From assembly GCA_044342325.1 (NCBI GenBank), contig JBIIPZ010000005.1, positions 34,002 through 98,001 on the forward strand: a stretch of DNA of 64,000 nucleotides, written 5' to 3'. Of this stretch, positions 27,991-37,318 are shown piece after piece (the stretch's first letter is position 1; every line of letters starts with the position of its first letter). The position numbers and the translations under genes were made by a program. The notes below the pieces were generated by a model, which saw nothing but the letters and a program-made list of their open reading frames with translations, searched no databases and was not told where the DNA came from. Origin of the DNA: Terrimicrobiaceae bacterium. GTDB taxonomy: Bacteria; Verrucomicrobiota; Verrucomicrobiia; Chthoniobacterales; Terrimicrobiaceae.

Positions 27991-30900
27991 GTGTCAATTT
28001 TCCCCACGCTGAGTGGAGCGGCGCATTGCATTGGATCGAGGCGGGCGCTAAAGTCTCGCAAAGTGGAACCTGCCTCATCTCCAGCGAGCCCGGGTGGCGT
28101 GCAAAGCCGACTCGAGGGAGCGCTTCGACTCGCCGCCCGCATCCAAGCGAAGTGCAGGCACATTCTTCGCCGAATCCAGCGGAAACCCCGCACCGTCATC
28201 GAGGCCCCAAACCTCCTGCCGACGCTGATCCAGGTCCTCGCAGCCTTCTCCCGCGTCGATGGCGAATTGCTCGAGGAGGAGATCGATTCGAGCCTCGGCT
28301 TTCTGCGTTATGACTACCCGGATGCTGTTTACTCCGAGCTCCGCGAATTGTTCCGAAATGCGCTGCAACAAAAGCAGGACCTCGACGTCATGGCTCAAAG
28401 CCTGGCCGGCCGCCTGAGTAACGAACGCAAGATTCTGCTTGGGGTTCAACTCTACGACCTCATCGCCCGGGCGGGGTTGAAAAGCGAAGCTGTCGTGGCC
28501 TATTACGAATTCATGTCGCGCCTCGGCATGGCCTCGCAGGCGATCGACATCGTTTACCAACTCAACGCCGACGACAAAACCGACACCTCGATCTACAGCT
28601 CCGGCGCATCCCCCCTCGAAATGGTGAGCTTCGGCTTCAAGGAAAACAATGATGTCGTGCTCGCCGACTTCGCGCCCAACGAGCGGCTGAACACCTACCG
28701 CTACGGCGACCTCGTCATTATTAAAAACCTCAGTGGCCGCACCCTCATCGTGCAGGGCCGCGCATTGGAACCAGGCAGCTTTGCGCGCCTCTACCCCGGG
28801 CAGCGCGTGCTTATCGATGATGTTGTGCTCGCCTACGCGGACCTCATTTTCTACTTCAATGCCAAGAAAAATGTGACCCTCCCGGAGATCTTCGTCGCGG
28901 TGGACAAGGAAGACGAAGTCACTCTGGAAAAAAACCGCTCGCGCGACTCGTGCCTGCAGGTCGCCTTCGGATTGAGAGTGCGCGTGAAGGCGCTCAAAAA
29001 TGTGGACGCCGTTCTCAATGGCATCCGTCTCGATGTCGGTCGCGAGGTCACCGCCACGCTGGAAGACAAAATCATTTTCCACGACGACAGCGAACTCGAC
29101 CTCGACTACCTGCGCCTGCGAGCTCGCTCCTATGGCGGACGCTTCCTTCTCAAGGCCTCCAAAAGCGAATACCTTGTTTCGAACAATCCCGGGCTTCTGG
29201 AGGAGGACGACATCCTACTCGCGCCGGGCTCCGGCGGCGATGTGTTGCTGAAAATCTCCTGCGACTACGATAGCAAAGTCGGCCAGATGGAAGTCCTACA
29301 AGCCGACCGGCCGATCATTGTGCGAGGCGTGCCGGTGCGAAATTCCTGTCCGCTGGAGGATGGCGACACAATTCGTGTTGATGCCGGCCAAGTGCTCCGC
29401 TGTAACTTCTCAGAACGCCTGATCGAAGAAGAAAAAAATGTCGTCCGCACACTCGATGTGCGCGATCTGGTATGCCGCTTTGCCAACAACTCGGTGGCCA
29501 TCGACGGCATCTCCTTCTCGGTCGAACGCGGCGAGATGGTCTGCGTGATGGGAGCCAGCGGCTGCGGCAAGAGCACACTCCTGCGCGCTCTGTCAGGCCA
29601 ATTCCGACCAACCCAGGGCAGCGTGCTTTTCAACAAGCGCTCGTTCTACGAAAACCACGAATCCCTGCGGAAATATGTGGCCTACATTCCCCAATACGAC
29701 GCCTTCGACGAGCATCTCACCATCGAAGAAAATCTGGAATATGCCGCCGCCATCCGCGCGCCACACCTCGGGCGCCGGGAACGCCTGCGCCGCATCGACA
29801 GCAAACTCGCCGAACTCGGCCTCAACGAGCGCCGCACCTCCATCGTCGGCTCGTCCGAAAAGAAAATCCTCAGCGGTGGCGAACGCAAGCGGCTAAATAT
29901 CGGCCTCGATATGGTCAGCCCGGCGGACATCTTCCTTTTCGATGAACCGACCAGCGGCCTCAGCTCGAAGGATTCCGAGCACATCATTGAGATCATCCGT
30001 GACATGTCGCACAACAAGATCGTGCTGGTGACAATCCACCAGCCAACCTCGCGCATTTTCCAGATGTTTCACAAGGCGCTCGTCCTCGACCGCGGCGGCA
30101 AGTTGGTTTTTTTCGGAACGCCCCAGGAAACGCTCCGCTACTTCGCCGAAGCGGAGAGTCGCCAGATGGCAACTCCCTCTTCAGGCGGGTGCGAGTCCTG
30201 CGGAACCACACGCCCGGAGTTCATTTTCGATGTTCTCGAAACACCGCTCCGCGACCTAGGCGGCGACATCATTCTGGAGGAAAACAACCGGGGACAACTC
30301 GTGCCCGCCCGCCGCTACTCGCCGGACTACTGGCGCGACAAATACGAGTCCCACCGCCTGCTCAAGGAAGTCCAGCAACCATCCCCTCCCAAAGAAGTCG
30401 CAGCCGCGCCGCCATCCGACCCGCGCCGCCGCGAGCGACTCCGGCCAAAAGAGCACTTCCGCCAATTCAGCATTCTCCTGCGACGCGCCTTTCTGAGCAA
30501 ACTCCGCAACAAGGCGAACCTGCTCACCACCGTTTTAGAGGCCCCCCTCCTGGCCCTCCTCACCGGCATGGTGCTGCGTTATTCCGAGAGTTCCGTTTAC
30601 GACTTCGCCTCGGCTTTCCACATCCCAACCTATCTTTTTCTGGCCCTCGTGGTGGCCATGTTCCTGGGACTCACAAACAGCGTGGACGATATCATCCACG
30701 ACCGCTCCGTGCTCATGCGGGAGCGAAATCTCAATGTCAACCTCGGCTACTACATCCTGGCAAAAGTCCTCACCCTCGGCTTCTTCGCCATTATCCAGTG
30801 CGCCTTGTTCACCCTCATCGGAAATGCCCTGCTCTCGCTGCGCGATGGATTTTGGATCGTTTTCACAGCCATGTTTCTCACGGCAGCAAATGGCGCCGCG

Positions 30901-31659
30901 ATAGGGCTCGTGATCTCGGCACTCGTGAGCCAGAGCAAGACAGGCATCCTAATAATTCCCGTGATTTTAATTCCCCAAATCATCCTCAGCGGCGCCCTCA
31001 TCAAGTATGAGGAAATGAACCGCAACCTCGACTTCATCCACGCGATCCAACAGTGGGTGACCCGCCACCCGGACAGCGCCATGCCTGCTCGGAGCGATCT
31101 CCAGGTCCCGCCCATCTGCGAAATCATGCCGACCCGCTGGTCCTACGAAGCCCTTGTCTTCGCGCAGTCGAAGCTCAACCCGCTGACCAGCCGACAGGAA
31201 AAAATCCAGTCGATGATCAACCAGCTCGCCCGTCAGCGAAACGCCTCGCCGGAGCAGGAAGAACGCCTCGAGGATCTCAAGGACACCCTCGCCCTCCTGT
31301 CCGGCCTCGAAGCAGCCACGCCAGGCCAACTTCGCGCCGCGCTCCGCCGCATCGATGACATCATCGCCGGCGCCCCCTTCAAAGCCTCCCGCTTCACCAA
31401 ATTCGGCACCGGCCTCACCGCCGAGCAGGTCTATGTGAACCAAAAAATCACCGACCTCGTCTCCAAAGCCGAAATGGAGCAAAGCGACTACCGCGAAAAC
31501 CGCCACCTCAATGTCTTCTTCGGCCCCACCAAAGAATACTTCGGCCTCAAGATCGGCATCCTCTGGTTCAACACCAGCGTCCTCATCCTCTCCACCCTCA
31601 CCCTCTTCGCCGCCCTCGGAGTCATCCTCCGCAAGCAAATCCGCATGCGGGTTTCTTGA
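27991..31659 (+). CDS. Fused ABC transporter (long N-terminal region, ATPase, ABC-2-type permease); true start may be downstream, e.g. GTG 28099
   Basis: Walker A GASGCGKS, signature LSGGERKR, Walker B FLFDEPTSGL, TIHQP; multiple C-terminal TM helices. Confidence 0.9.
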   Translation: MSIFPTLSGAAHCIGSRRALKSRKVEPASSPASPGGVQSRLEGALRLAARIQAKCRHILRRIQRKPRTVIEAPNLLPTLIQVLAAFSRVDGELLEEEIDSSLGFLRYDYPDAVYSELRELFRNALQQKQDLDVMAQSLAGRLSNERKILLGVQLYDLIARAGLKSEAVVAYYEFMSRLGMASQAIDIVYQLNADDKTDTSIYSSGASPLEMVSFGFKENNDVVLADFAPNERLNTYRYGDLVIIKNLSGRTLIVQGRALEPGSFARLYPGQRVLIDDVVLAYADLIFYFNAKKNVTLPEIFVAVDKEDEVTLEKNRSRDSCLQVAFGLRVRVKALKNVDAVLNGIRLDVGREVTATLEDKIIFHDDSELDLDYLRLRARSYGGRFLLKASKSEYLVSNNPGLLEEDDILLAPGSGGDVLLKISCDYDSKVGQMEVLQADRPIIVRGVPVRNSCPLEDGDTIRVDAGQVLRCNFSERLIEEEKNVVRTLDVRDLVCRFANNSVAIDGISFSVERGEMVCVMGASGCGKSTLLRALSGQFRPTQGSVLFNKRSFYENHESLRKYVAYIPQYDAFDEHLTIEENLEYAAAIRAPHLGRRERLRRIDSKLAELGLNERRTSIVGSSEKKILSGGERKRLNIGLDMVSPADIFLFDEPTSGLSSKDSEHIIEIIRDMSHNKIVLVTIHQPTSRIFQMFHKALVLDRGGKLVFFGTPQETLRYFAEAESRQMATPSSGGCESCGTTRPEFIFDVLETPLRDLGGDIILEENNRGQLVPARRYSPDYWRDKYESHRLLKEVQQPSPPKEVAAAPPSDPRRRERLRPKEHFRQFSILLRRAFLSKLRNKANLLTTVLEAPLLALLTGMVLRYSESSVYDFASAFHIPTYLFLALVVAMFLGLTNSVDDIIHDRSVLMRERNLNVNLGYYILAKVLTLGFFAIIQCALFTLIGNALLSLRDGFWIVFTAMFLTAANGAAIGLVISALVSQSKTGILIIPVILIPQIILSGALIKYEEMNRNLDFIHAIQQWVTRHPDSAMPARSDLQVPPICEIMPTRWSYEALVFAQSKLNPLTSRQEKIQSMINQLARQRNASPEQEERLEDLKDTLALLSGLEAATPGQLRAALRRIDDIIAGAPFKASRFTKFGTGLTAEQVYVNQKITDLVSKAEMEQSDYRENRHLNVFFGPTKEYFGLKIGILWFNTSVLILSTLTLFAALGVILRKQIRMRVS

Positions 31660-31694
31660 ACAGAAACCGCCGCCGATCGCCCGATTAAATTTCC

Positions 31695-32738
31695 ATGCGA
31701 ATCCTCTTTATCAAACTCCGGCACATCGGCGACTCGCTTTTGCTCACACCCACCATTGTCGCCACGAAGGCCAAATTCCCCAACGCCGAGATTTGGGTCC
31801 TCGTCCGTAAGTCATGCGATGCCATTCTCGCAGGCTGCCCCGAGATCGATCGCATTCTCACCACCGCAAACCCTGATGCCGCAAAACGCGGCTCTGGCGA
31901 TTGGATTACAGACCTGAAACTCGCCGCCCTGCTCCGCCAGACCGATTTCGACTTCGTCTTCGAACTTACCGACAACGACCGCGCCCGCTTCTTTGCCATC
32001 GCCGCACGAACCAAAGCACGCTGCACAAATGAGCACCGGTCGCTAAACCGACTCTGGAGACCTTTCTTCCAGACGATTTGCGAAGCCAAGAGGTATACAA
32101 AACATCAGGTAGAGAGAGATTATATCTGCCCCCAAGAAATTTTAGGCTTGGCCGAAACCCCGCCAGCATTGCGCTTCGCACCCGAGCGAATGGTTGAGTG
32201 GGATTCTACACCGGCAAAATATGCTGTTGTTCACCTTCATACGCGTTGGGCGCGCAAATCTTGGCCACTTGAAAAGTGGAGCGAGCTACTCGGTGAGGTT
32301 TTAAAGTTTATACCTCATGTCCTCCTAAGCTGCGGACCTGGAGAAGAAGAGGTTTCGGAAGCCAGGGCCCTCTGCGATAGACTCGGCCCACAGGTGACCA
32401 GCACCACCGGTCGCGCTTCCTGGTCTCAACTCGCATCGCTCTTGCACAAGGCTTCATTTTTTATCGGTGTCGATACCGCCGCCATGCATCTCGCCGCCGC
32501 AGCGCGGTGCCCGACGGTTTGCCTGTTTGGCCCCTCGCCTATTTACGAATACCACCCTTGGAAGGTAAAAAACTGGATCATTAGCCCGCAGGACTGGCTC
32601 GGCGAAGATCAGGCGAAAAAAATTCCGGTAAATGAATTGATGAGAGAAATCCCCGTTGATCGCGTGCTGGCCGCCTGCCGCTCGGCATGGGAGTTTTCTC
32701 AACAGGAATTACCAGAACTTCAAAAATCGTCCGCATGA
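31695..32738 (+). CDS. Glycosyltransferase family 9 (LPS heptosyltransferase-like)
   Basis: RILFIKLRHIGDSLLLTP; KSWPLEKW; IGVDTAAMHLAAA. Confidence 0.92.
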   Translation: MRILFIKLRHIGDSLLLTPTIVATKAKFPNAEIWVLVRKSCDAILAGCPEIDRILTTANPDAAKRGSGDWITDLKLAALLRQTDFDFVFELTDNDRARFFAIAARTKARCTNEHRSLNRLWRPFFQTICEAKRYTKHQVERDYICPQEILGLAETPPALRFAPERMVEWDSTPAKYAVVHLHTRWARKSWPLEKWSELLGEVLKFIPHVLLSCGPGEEEVSEARALCDRLGPQVTSTTGRASWSQLASLLHKASFFIGVDTAAMHLAAAARCPTVCLFGPSPIYEYHPWKVKNWIISPQDWLGEDQAKKIPVNELMREIPVDRVLAACRSAWEFSQQELPELQKSSA

Positions 32739-33880
32739 GGCACCGCGTCTTTTTTTTGCTGAATCAGAATCCTCTCGATGAAAGCGCTCATGCGCTCTAC
32801 TGCCTGCGACATGTGATTTCCCTCGCCCGGAATGCACCAGAAGGCTGGGGCGTGGTGCTTGTGCACGCCTCATTCAGCAAAGAGCGGGACATTCTGCGTG
32901 TGCATGATTGCAATTATGTCCCGAATCTGGAATTTCAAGGCCTCCCGAGTCTGCGGCGCGTCTCAGGCGGATGCCCTTTGCATATCAATGCGATTTTTCA
33001 CTGGGCTGCGCTGGCTTACCTTCGCGCGACGATTCACACCGGCGACATCGTGAGCACGGCGAGCTTTCCAGAAATGTTCCGATTTCTTGCGCCGCATTTG
33101 TTGAGTGCCCGCAATCGCCCCCGTTTGGTTTATGAGGTTCACCAACTCGAAATGCTCACGCGCGATCGAAAGCACCAGAAATGCCGCAATGAATTTGAAG
33201 CCCTAGAACTTGCAGACCATCTGATAACGACCTGCCTGCCGCTGGATAAAATTCTTGCGGACAATTTTCCATCCATTCCGCGTGACAATATCGGCTTGGC
33301 GGCCACATACGCTCCTATAGCCGTAACTCCGAGCAATAACCATTTTCTCCAATTCGGATACTTCGGTTCGATTTCGGAAGAACAGGGGATTCCTTGGCTT
33401 ATTGAAAATTGGCATCTTATTCGCCAAGCCACCGGCGCAGCGCACAAATTGCATATCTATGGCAGGGCTAGACGCGGAGAGATTGCATCGGTCGGCGATG
33501 CCGAAAAAGGAGTTTACATCCACGATCCTGTGCCTTCCCAAGAGGTGCCGTCGGCCTCTAGCCTTCTGGATGCCCTTGTGATTCCCTCGCTGGACATGGC
33601 TCACCGTGCTTCCATTGCTTTTACGAAAGCCTACGATTACGCAGGACTCGCGTTGCCGATTATCGCTAGTGATTTGCCTACGATTCGTGAAGTTCTCGAA
33701 CCGGAAAAGCATGCACTCTATTTTACTCCAGGCTCTGCGGAGGGTCTTGCCTCTGCCATCCGAAGACTTTTTGAAAAACCAGCGCTCCGCGAAATGATGA
33801 CCGCTGCCCTCAAAGAACGAGCTGCCTTTTTTTCTTGGACGAGTCGCGCCGGGCGTTGGTGGGACATATTCGCTCGATGA
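32735..33880 (+). CDS. Glycosyltransferase (GT-B, family 4-like)
   Basis: YFGSISEEQG, KAYDYAGLALPIIASDLPTIREV; ATGA coupling on both sides. Confidence 0.82.
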   Translation: MRHRVFFLLNQNPLDESAHALYCLRHVISLARNAPEGWGVVLVHASFSKERDILRVHDCNYVPNLEFQGLPSLRRVSGGCPLHINAIFHWAALAYLRATIHTGDIVSTASFPEMFRFLAPHLLSARNRPRLVYEVHQLEMLTRDRKHQKCRNEFEALELADHLITTCLPLDKILADNFPSIPRDNIGLAATYAPIAVTPSNNHFLQFGYFGSISEEQGIPWLIENWHLIRQATGAAHKLHIYGRARRGEIASVGDAEKGVYIHDPVPSQEVPSASSLLDALVIPSLDMAHRASIAFTKAYDYAGLALPIIASDLPTIREVLEPEKHALYFTPGSAEGLASAIRRLFEKPALREMMTAALKERAAFFSWTSRAGRWWDIFAR

Positions 33881-34725
33881 AGATTAGTATTATCACTCCC
33901 ACTTGGAATCGTTGCGGCTCTTTGACTCGCATGATTCAAAGCGTCGAGATCCAGGCGCAGCGCCCGATGGAACACCTCATCGTCGATAACCTCTCAACGG
34001 ATGATACCGGCTCCCTGATCACTGCCTACGCGGCGCGCGCACCCTATCCAGTGATTCATATGAGCGAAGGCGATAAGGGCATTTACGATGCAATGAATCA
34101 AGGCGCGGCAAAGGCGCAGGGCGATGCCCTCTATTTCCTGAATGACGATGACTCCCTTTTCCGACCGAACTCGCTTGCCCTGCTTTCCGCAGCCCTAAAA
34201 CTCGCTCCCGACGGAGTGGCATTCGGCGATGTGATCGTCCGAAATCCAAACTCCGGCACCGAGCGACGACGCAATCACCGTCAAATGAATCGGCTCACAC
34301 TTGCTGAAAAAAGCATCTGCCAACAGGCTACGATTTATTCGCGGAGGGCATTCGATACCGTTGGCTTTTTCGATGCTGGACTGAAAGCCGCTGGCGACTA
34401 CGACTGGATGATCAGAGGATTGGTTGGGCATCGCATTCCCTCCATCTACTTGCGCTCTGTAATAGCCGTTTTCGCATCCGGCGGGATTTCCAGCGATCCG
34501 GCGCGTAGCGAAGAATTCCGGGCGGAAATGAACCTTGTCACCGAGCGGCACTTCAGCGCCACCATCCGTTCAAGAGCTCTTCGCTACAGGCGATTCTGGC
34601 GCAAACTCCCTTGGGGATTGAACTGGTGTCAGGGCTACGAACATGCAGATCGCTTGTCTGTCACCTCCCGCACAGCATTTCAAAACTATTTGCTGCCAGA
34701 CCCTCTCGCTCTGCTGGACTTTTGA
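33877..34725 (+). CDS. Glycosyltransferase family 2
   Basis: ISIITPTWN, VDNLSTD, DKGIYDAMNQG, FLNDDD. Confidence 0.92.
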   Translation: MKISIITPTWNRCGSLTRMIQSVEIQAQRPMEHLIVDNLSTDDTGSLITAYAARAPYPVIHMSEGDKGIYDAMNQGAAKAQGDALYFLNDDDSLFRPNSLALLSAALKLAPDGVAFGDVIVRNPNSGTERRRNHRQMNRLTLAEKSICQQATIYSRRAFDTVGFFDAGLKAAGDYDWMIRGLVGHRIPSIYLRSVIAVFASGGISSDPARSEEFRAEMNLVTERHFSATIRSRALRYRRFWRKLPWGLNWCQGYEHADRLSVTSRTAFQNYLLPDPLALLDF

Positions 34726-34726
34726 C

Positions 34727-35857
34727 CTACGCGCGAAGGAATGACTCTAAAAGAGGGATTCGCTTCTCAAAAATGTGATCCCTCATGGTTCTTTGAAATC
34801 CTGCATCGCCTATCGCGCGAGCTTTCTCAGGATTATCGAACAGCCACCGAGCCTTCTCGACTGCCTCGCTACGACTGCCATAAAGAACAACCTCAGTGTC
34901 CGGCTCAAAGTAATCCTCCATTCCGTCCGCTCCATCTGTGAGAAGGCATGCCCCCATTCCAGTTGCCTCGAACAATCGCATGTTGCTGGCGACATTCCTG
35001 GCATTGTCGATATGGACATTGAATGTGACCAAAGACTCGCCGAAAAAGCGATACATCGGAAGACCATGCACGGCTCCTAAATTGGCCCGCCCTAGACGGT
35101 GGACATCCATGGCCTCGCTCCAATGAAAATGTCGAAGCCGCCGCCGTTGAGTTCTCTCAGTCCATTTCCACTGCAAAATACTGCCCGTGGCGCGCACCGT
35201 AAGAGGAAAGCGCTTGGCAAGCTCGCTAACCAAACGGAGACGCCGCACATGCAGATCCGAACGCACGACGAGACTTCCCGCAAAAGTCAGCGGATAGATT
35301 CGTTCGAGGGTTCCTAACTGCTCTGCAATGTCCGCGTGAAAACTATATGGCAAAACCTCGGCCCTCAAACCTGCACTCCTGTAGAAATCCCGCACAAAAG
35401 GAAAATTCGTCAGCACGAGATGACAATTCGCGAACCGTGCAGCATCGCACCGAGCAATCCCATCCCATGCAACAACAAGTCGCGGACGGCAGTGCCGCAG
35501 GACCTCGGCTTGAAATTCGACATCGAGATATTCCTGATCGTGAAAAATTAAAACCTCGGGATCAAATCGCCTCACCTGTTCGCATAAAATTCGAAGCATC
35601 CAATCTGCTCCCTCGACAACCAACCCGTTCTCCACAGCCCATTGCTCCTGAAGCGGTTTGCAATTGAGAACCACTTCCATGAGTTCCAATCCAAATCCGT
35701 CAGAAACAGCCCTCGACCAAAAATCCGTCCCCACAAAAACACTGCTCATCAGTCCAGCCAAACTGGATGCATAGTCCTCGCAGAGAGGCGATTCTTTTTG
35801 CGCAAACAATGCGGCAAGGACTTTGTGGTCGTAACTGGATGCCTTGAATACTCGCAT
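34727..35857 (-). CDS. CgeB-like glycosyltransferase
   Basis: NMRLFEATGMGACLLTD...YFEPDTEVVLY. Confidence 0.85.
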   Translation of the reverse strand: MRVFKASSYDHKVLAALFAQKESPLCEDYASSLAGLMSSVFVGTDFWSRAVSDGFGLELMEVVLNCKPLQEQWAVENGLVVEGADWMLRILCEQVRRFDPEVLIFHDQEYLDVEFQAEVLRHCRPRLVVAWDGIARCDAARFANCHLVLTNFPFVRDFYRSAGLRAEVLPYSFHADIAEQLGTLERIYPLTFAGSLVVRSDLHVRRLRLVSELAKRFPLTVRATGSILQWKWTERTQRRRLRHFHWSEAMDVHRLGRANLGAVHGLPMYRFFGESLVTFNVHIDNARNVASNMRLFEATGMGACLLTDGADGMEDYFEPDTEVVLYGSRSEAVEKARWLFDNPEKARAIGDAGFQRTMRDHIFEKRIPLLESFLRA

Positions 35858-35858
35858 C

Positions 35859-36482
35859 TTAAAAAGTGTAGCCAAACCGCTCGATGTCCTCGGCGTAAAG
35901 CCGGGCCGTCAAATCACGCGTTTCGGCATCGTAGTAGTCCTGATAACAGGTTCGTTTGGATTTATTAATATGGGGCAGTCTGGAAGAAATGCCCACCTTG
36001 TGGCAAATACTCTGAAAGTCCTCATCCAAATTTTCAAACTTGCCAACAAAGTCGACTAGCAGATTTCCAAATTCATCAACCAAACAACTTGTCTGGGTGA
36101 AACTTAACTTTTCGCGCGAAAAAACAAAATTCCGAAAACTTCCCATTTTCTTGGTCTCCTCGTGGCCACGATTTTGCGGGCGATCTAAAATGTAATGGTA
36201 GAGCGAAACTTGCCAATCCCAAGGGTTTCGAACAAAAGAAAATTTGAAAAAGGAGTCAAAAATTTCACGATCCAGCGCAGCCCGGATTTGCAATGCTGTG
36301 GCATGCTTCTTGATCGGAATGCGGTGTATTTTCCTCCAATTCGTTGAGAGAAAAGCCCTCCAATTAGATGGTCGGAAGGACTCTGGCCGATAGCAGAACC
36401 GCGCAAAACTGTCGGTAATACTTGTGCCCGCAGTCTTAAAAATGTGAACAAAGACAAACCTTTTATGATAGGAGATAAGCAT
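35859..36482 (-). CDS. Sulfotransferase family 2 protein
   Basis: FVHIFKTAGTS, FVRNPWD, VGKFENLDEDF. Confidence 0.9.
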   Translation of the reverse strand: MLISYHKRFVFVHIFKTAGTSITDSFARFCYRPESFRPSNWRAFLSTNWRKIHRIPIKKHATALQIRAALDREIFDSFFKFSFVRNPWDWQVSLYHYILDRPQNRGHEETKKMGSFRNFVFSREKLSFTQTSCLVDEFGNLLVDFVGKFENLDEDFQSICHKVGISSRLPHINKSKRTCYQDYYDAETRDLTARLYAEDIERFGYTF

Positions 36483-36485
36483 CGG

Positions 36486-37313
36486 TCAGCTCGTGTAATT
36501 AAAGCGGGTCAAGGATTCCTTGAAGATTTGGTTCAGCTGTTCAACCGTTTCCGGTCTTAACTTTTCACGGTGCTCCCCAGGCATACCCTTGCGAAGATGT
36601 TTTTGGATGTTTTCCCCTTTCGGACGACGCGCTTCGTGCTTCTCAACCAAATTTTGGCGAAAGGACTTCGAAATCTCCATCCCACATGCAGAAACAAGAG
36701 AATCAAGCCATTCAGGAAAATTCTCCACCATGTCCTCATACCGAGCCACATGCACGCTAGGGCATACAGGAAAGAGATGCATCGCGTATTTTTCGAAAAC
36801 CGACTGGAGTTTTGGCGCGCTATTCAACACATATTCATCAAGAGGCGATGCCAGAGCCGCCGCTCTTCTTGAGAGATAAACCTCCTTTTTTTCGCCATCG
36901 GGAATCGCATGGCTGTAGGCGATGGAGTAGTAATCCGAGACAAGAATATCTCTCGGGTCCCGAACGACAAGAACTACCTTGAATTTTTCCAAAGATGGTA
37001 TTCCTTCGATCATGCCTCCAAACACAGTATATAAATACCCATTTGATTTAAAAAGATGTGCATATTTTTTCACACCCTCGCAGTCCAAATGATCTAAGAA
37101 AGGCATTGAGTGATGAAATGCGTAATCATGCAACAAGACAGGCGTAAGCTTGTTCCGGCGGGCACATTCAATTAAAAGCTTTTTAACGGTTTGCGTAGCC
37201 GCCTTATTGAACGAAAAATGAAGGACGCTTCGTTGACGAGAATAAGTCCGATGCCGCCCCGCCAACAAGGCTTTTTCAACCCCAAATTTGTCTTTAAAGA
37301 ACCAGTTCAACAT
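36486..37313 (-). CDS. Sulfotransferase-domain protein
   Basis: RDPRDILVS, RYEDMV, HLRKGMPG. Confidence 0.85.
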   Translation of the reverse strand: MLNWFFKDKFGVEKALLAGRHRTYSRQRSVLHFSFNKAATQTVKKLLIECARRNKLTPVLLHDYAFHHSMPFLDHLDCEGVKKYAHLFKSNGYLYTVFGGMIEGIPSLEKFKVVLVVRDPRDILVSDYYSIAYSHAIPDGEKKEVYLSRRAAALASPLDEYVLNSAPKLQSVFEKYAMHLFPVCPSVHVARYEDMVENFPEWLDSLVSACGMEISKSFRQNLVEKHEARRPKGENIQKHLRKGMPGEHREKLRPETVEQLNQIFKESLTRFNYTS

Positions 37314-37318
37314 TACAT

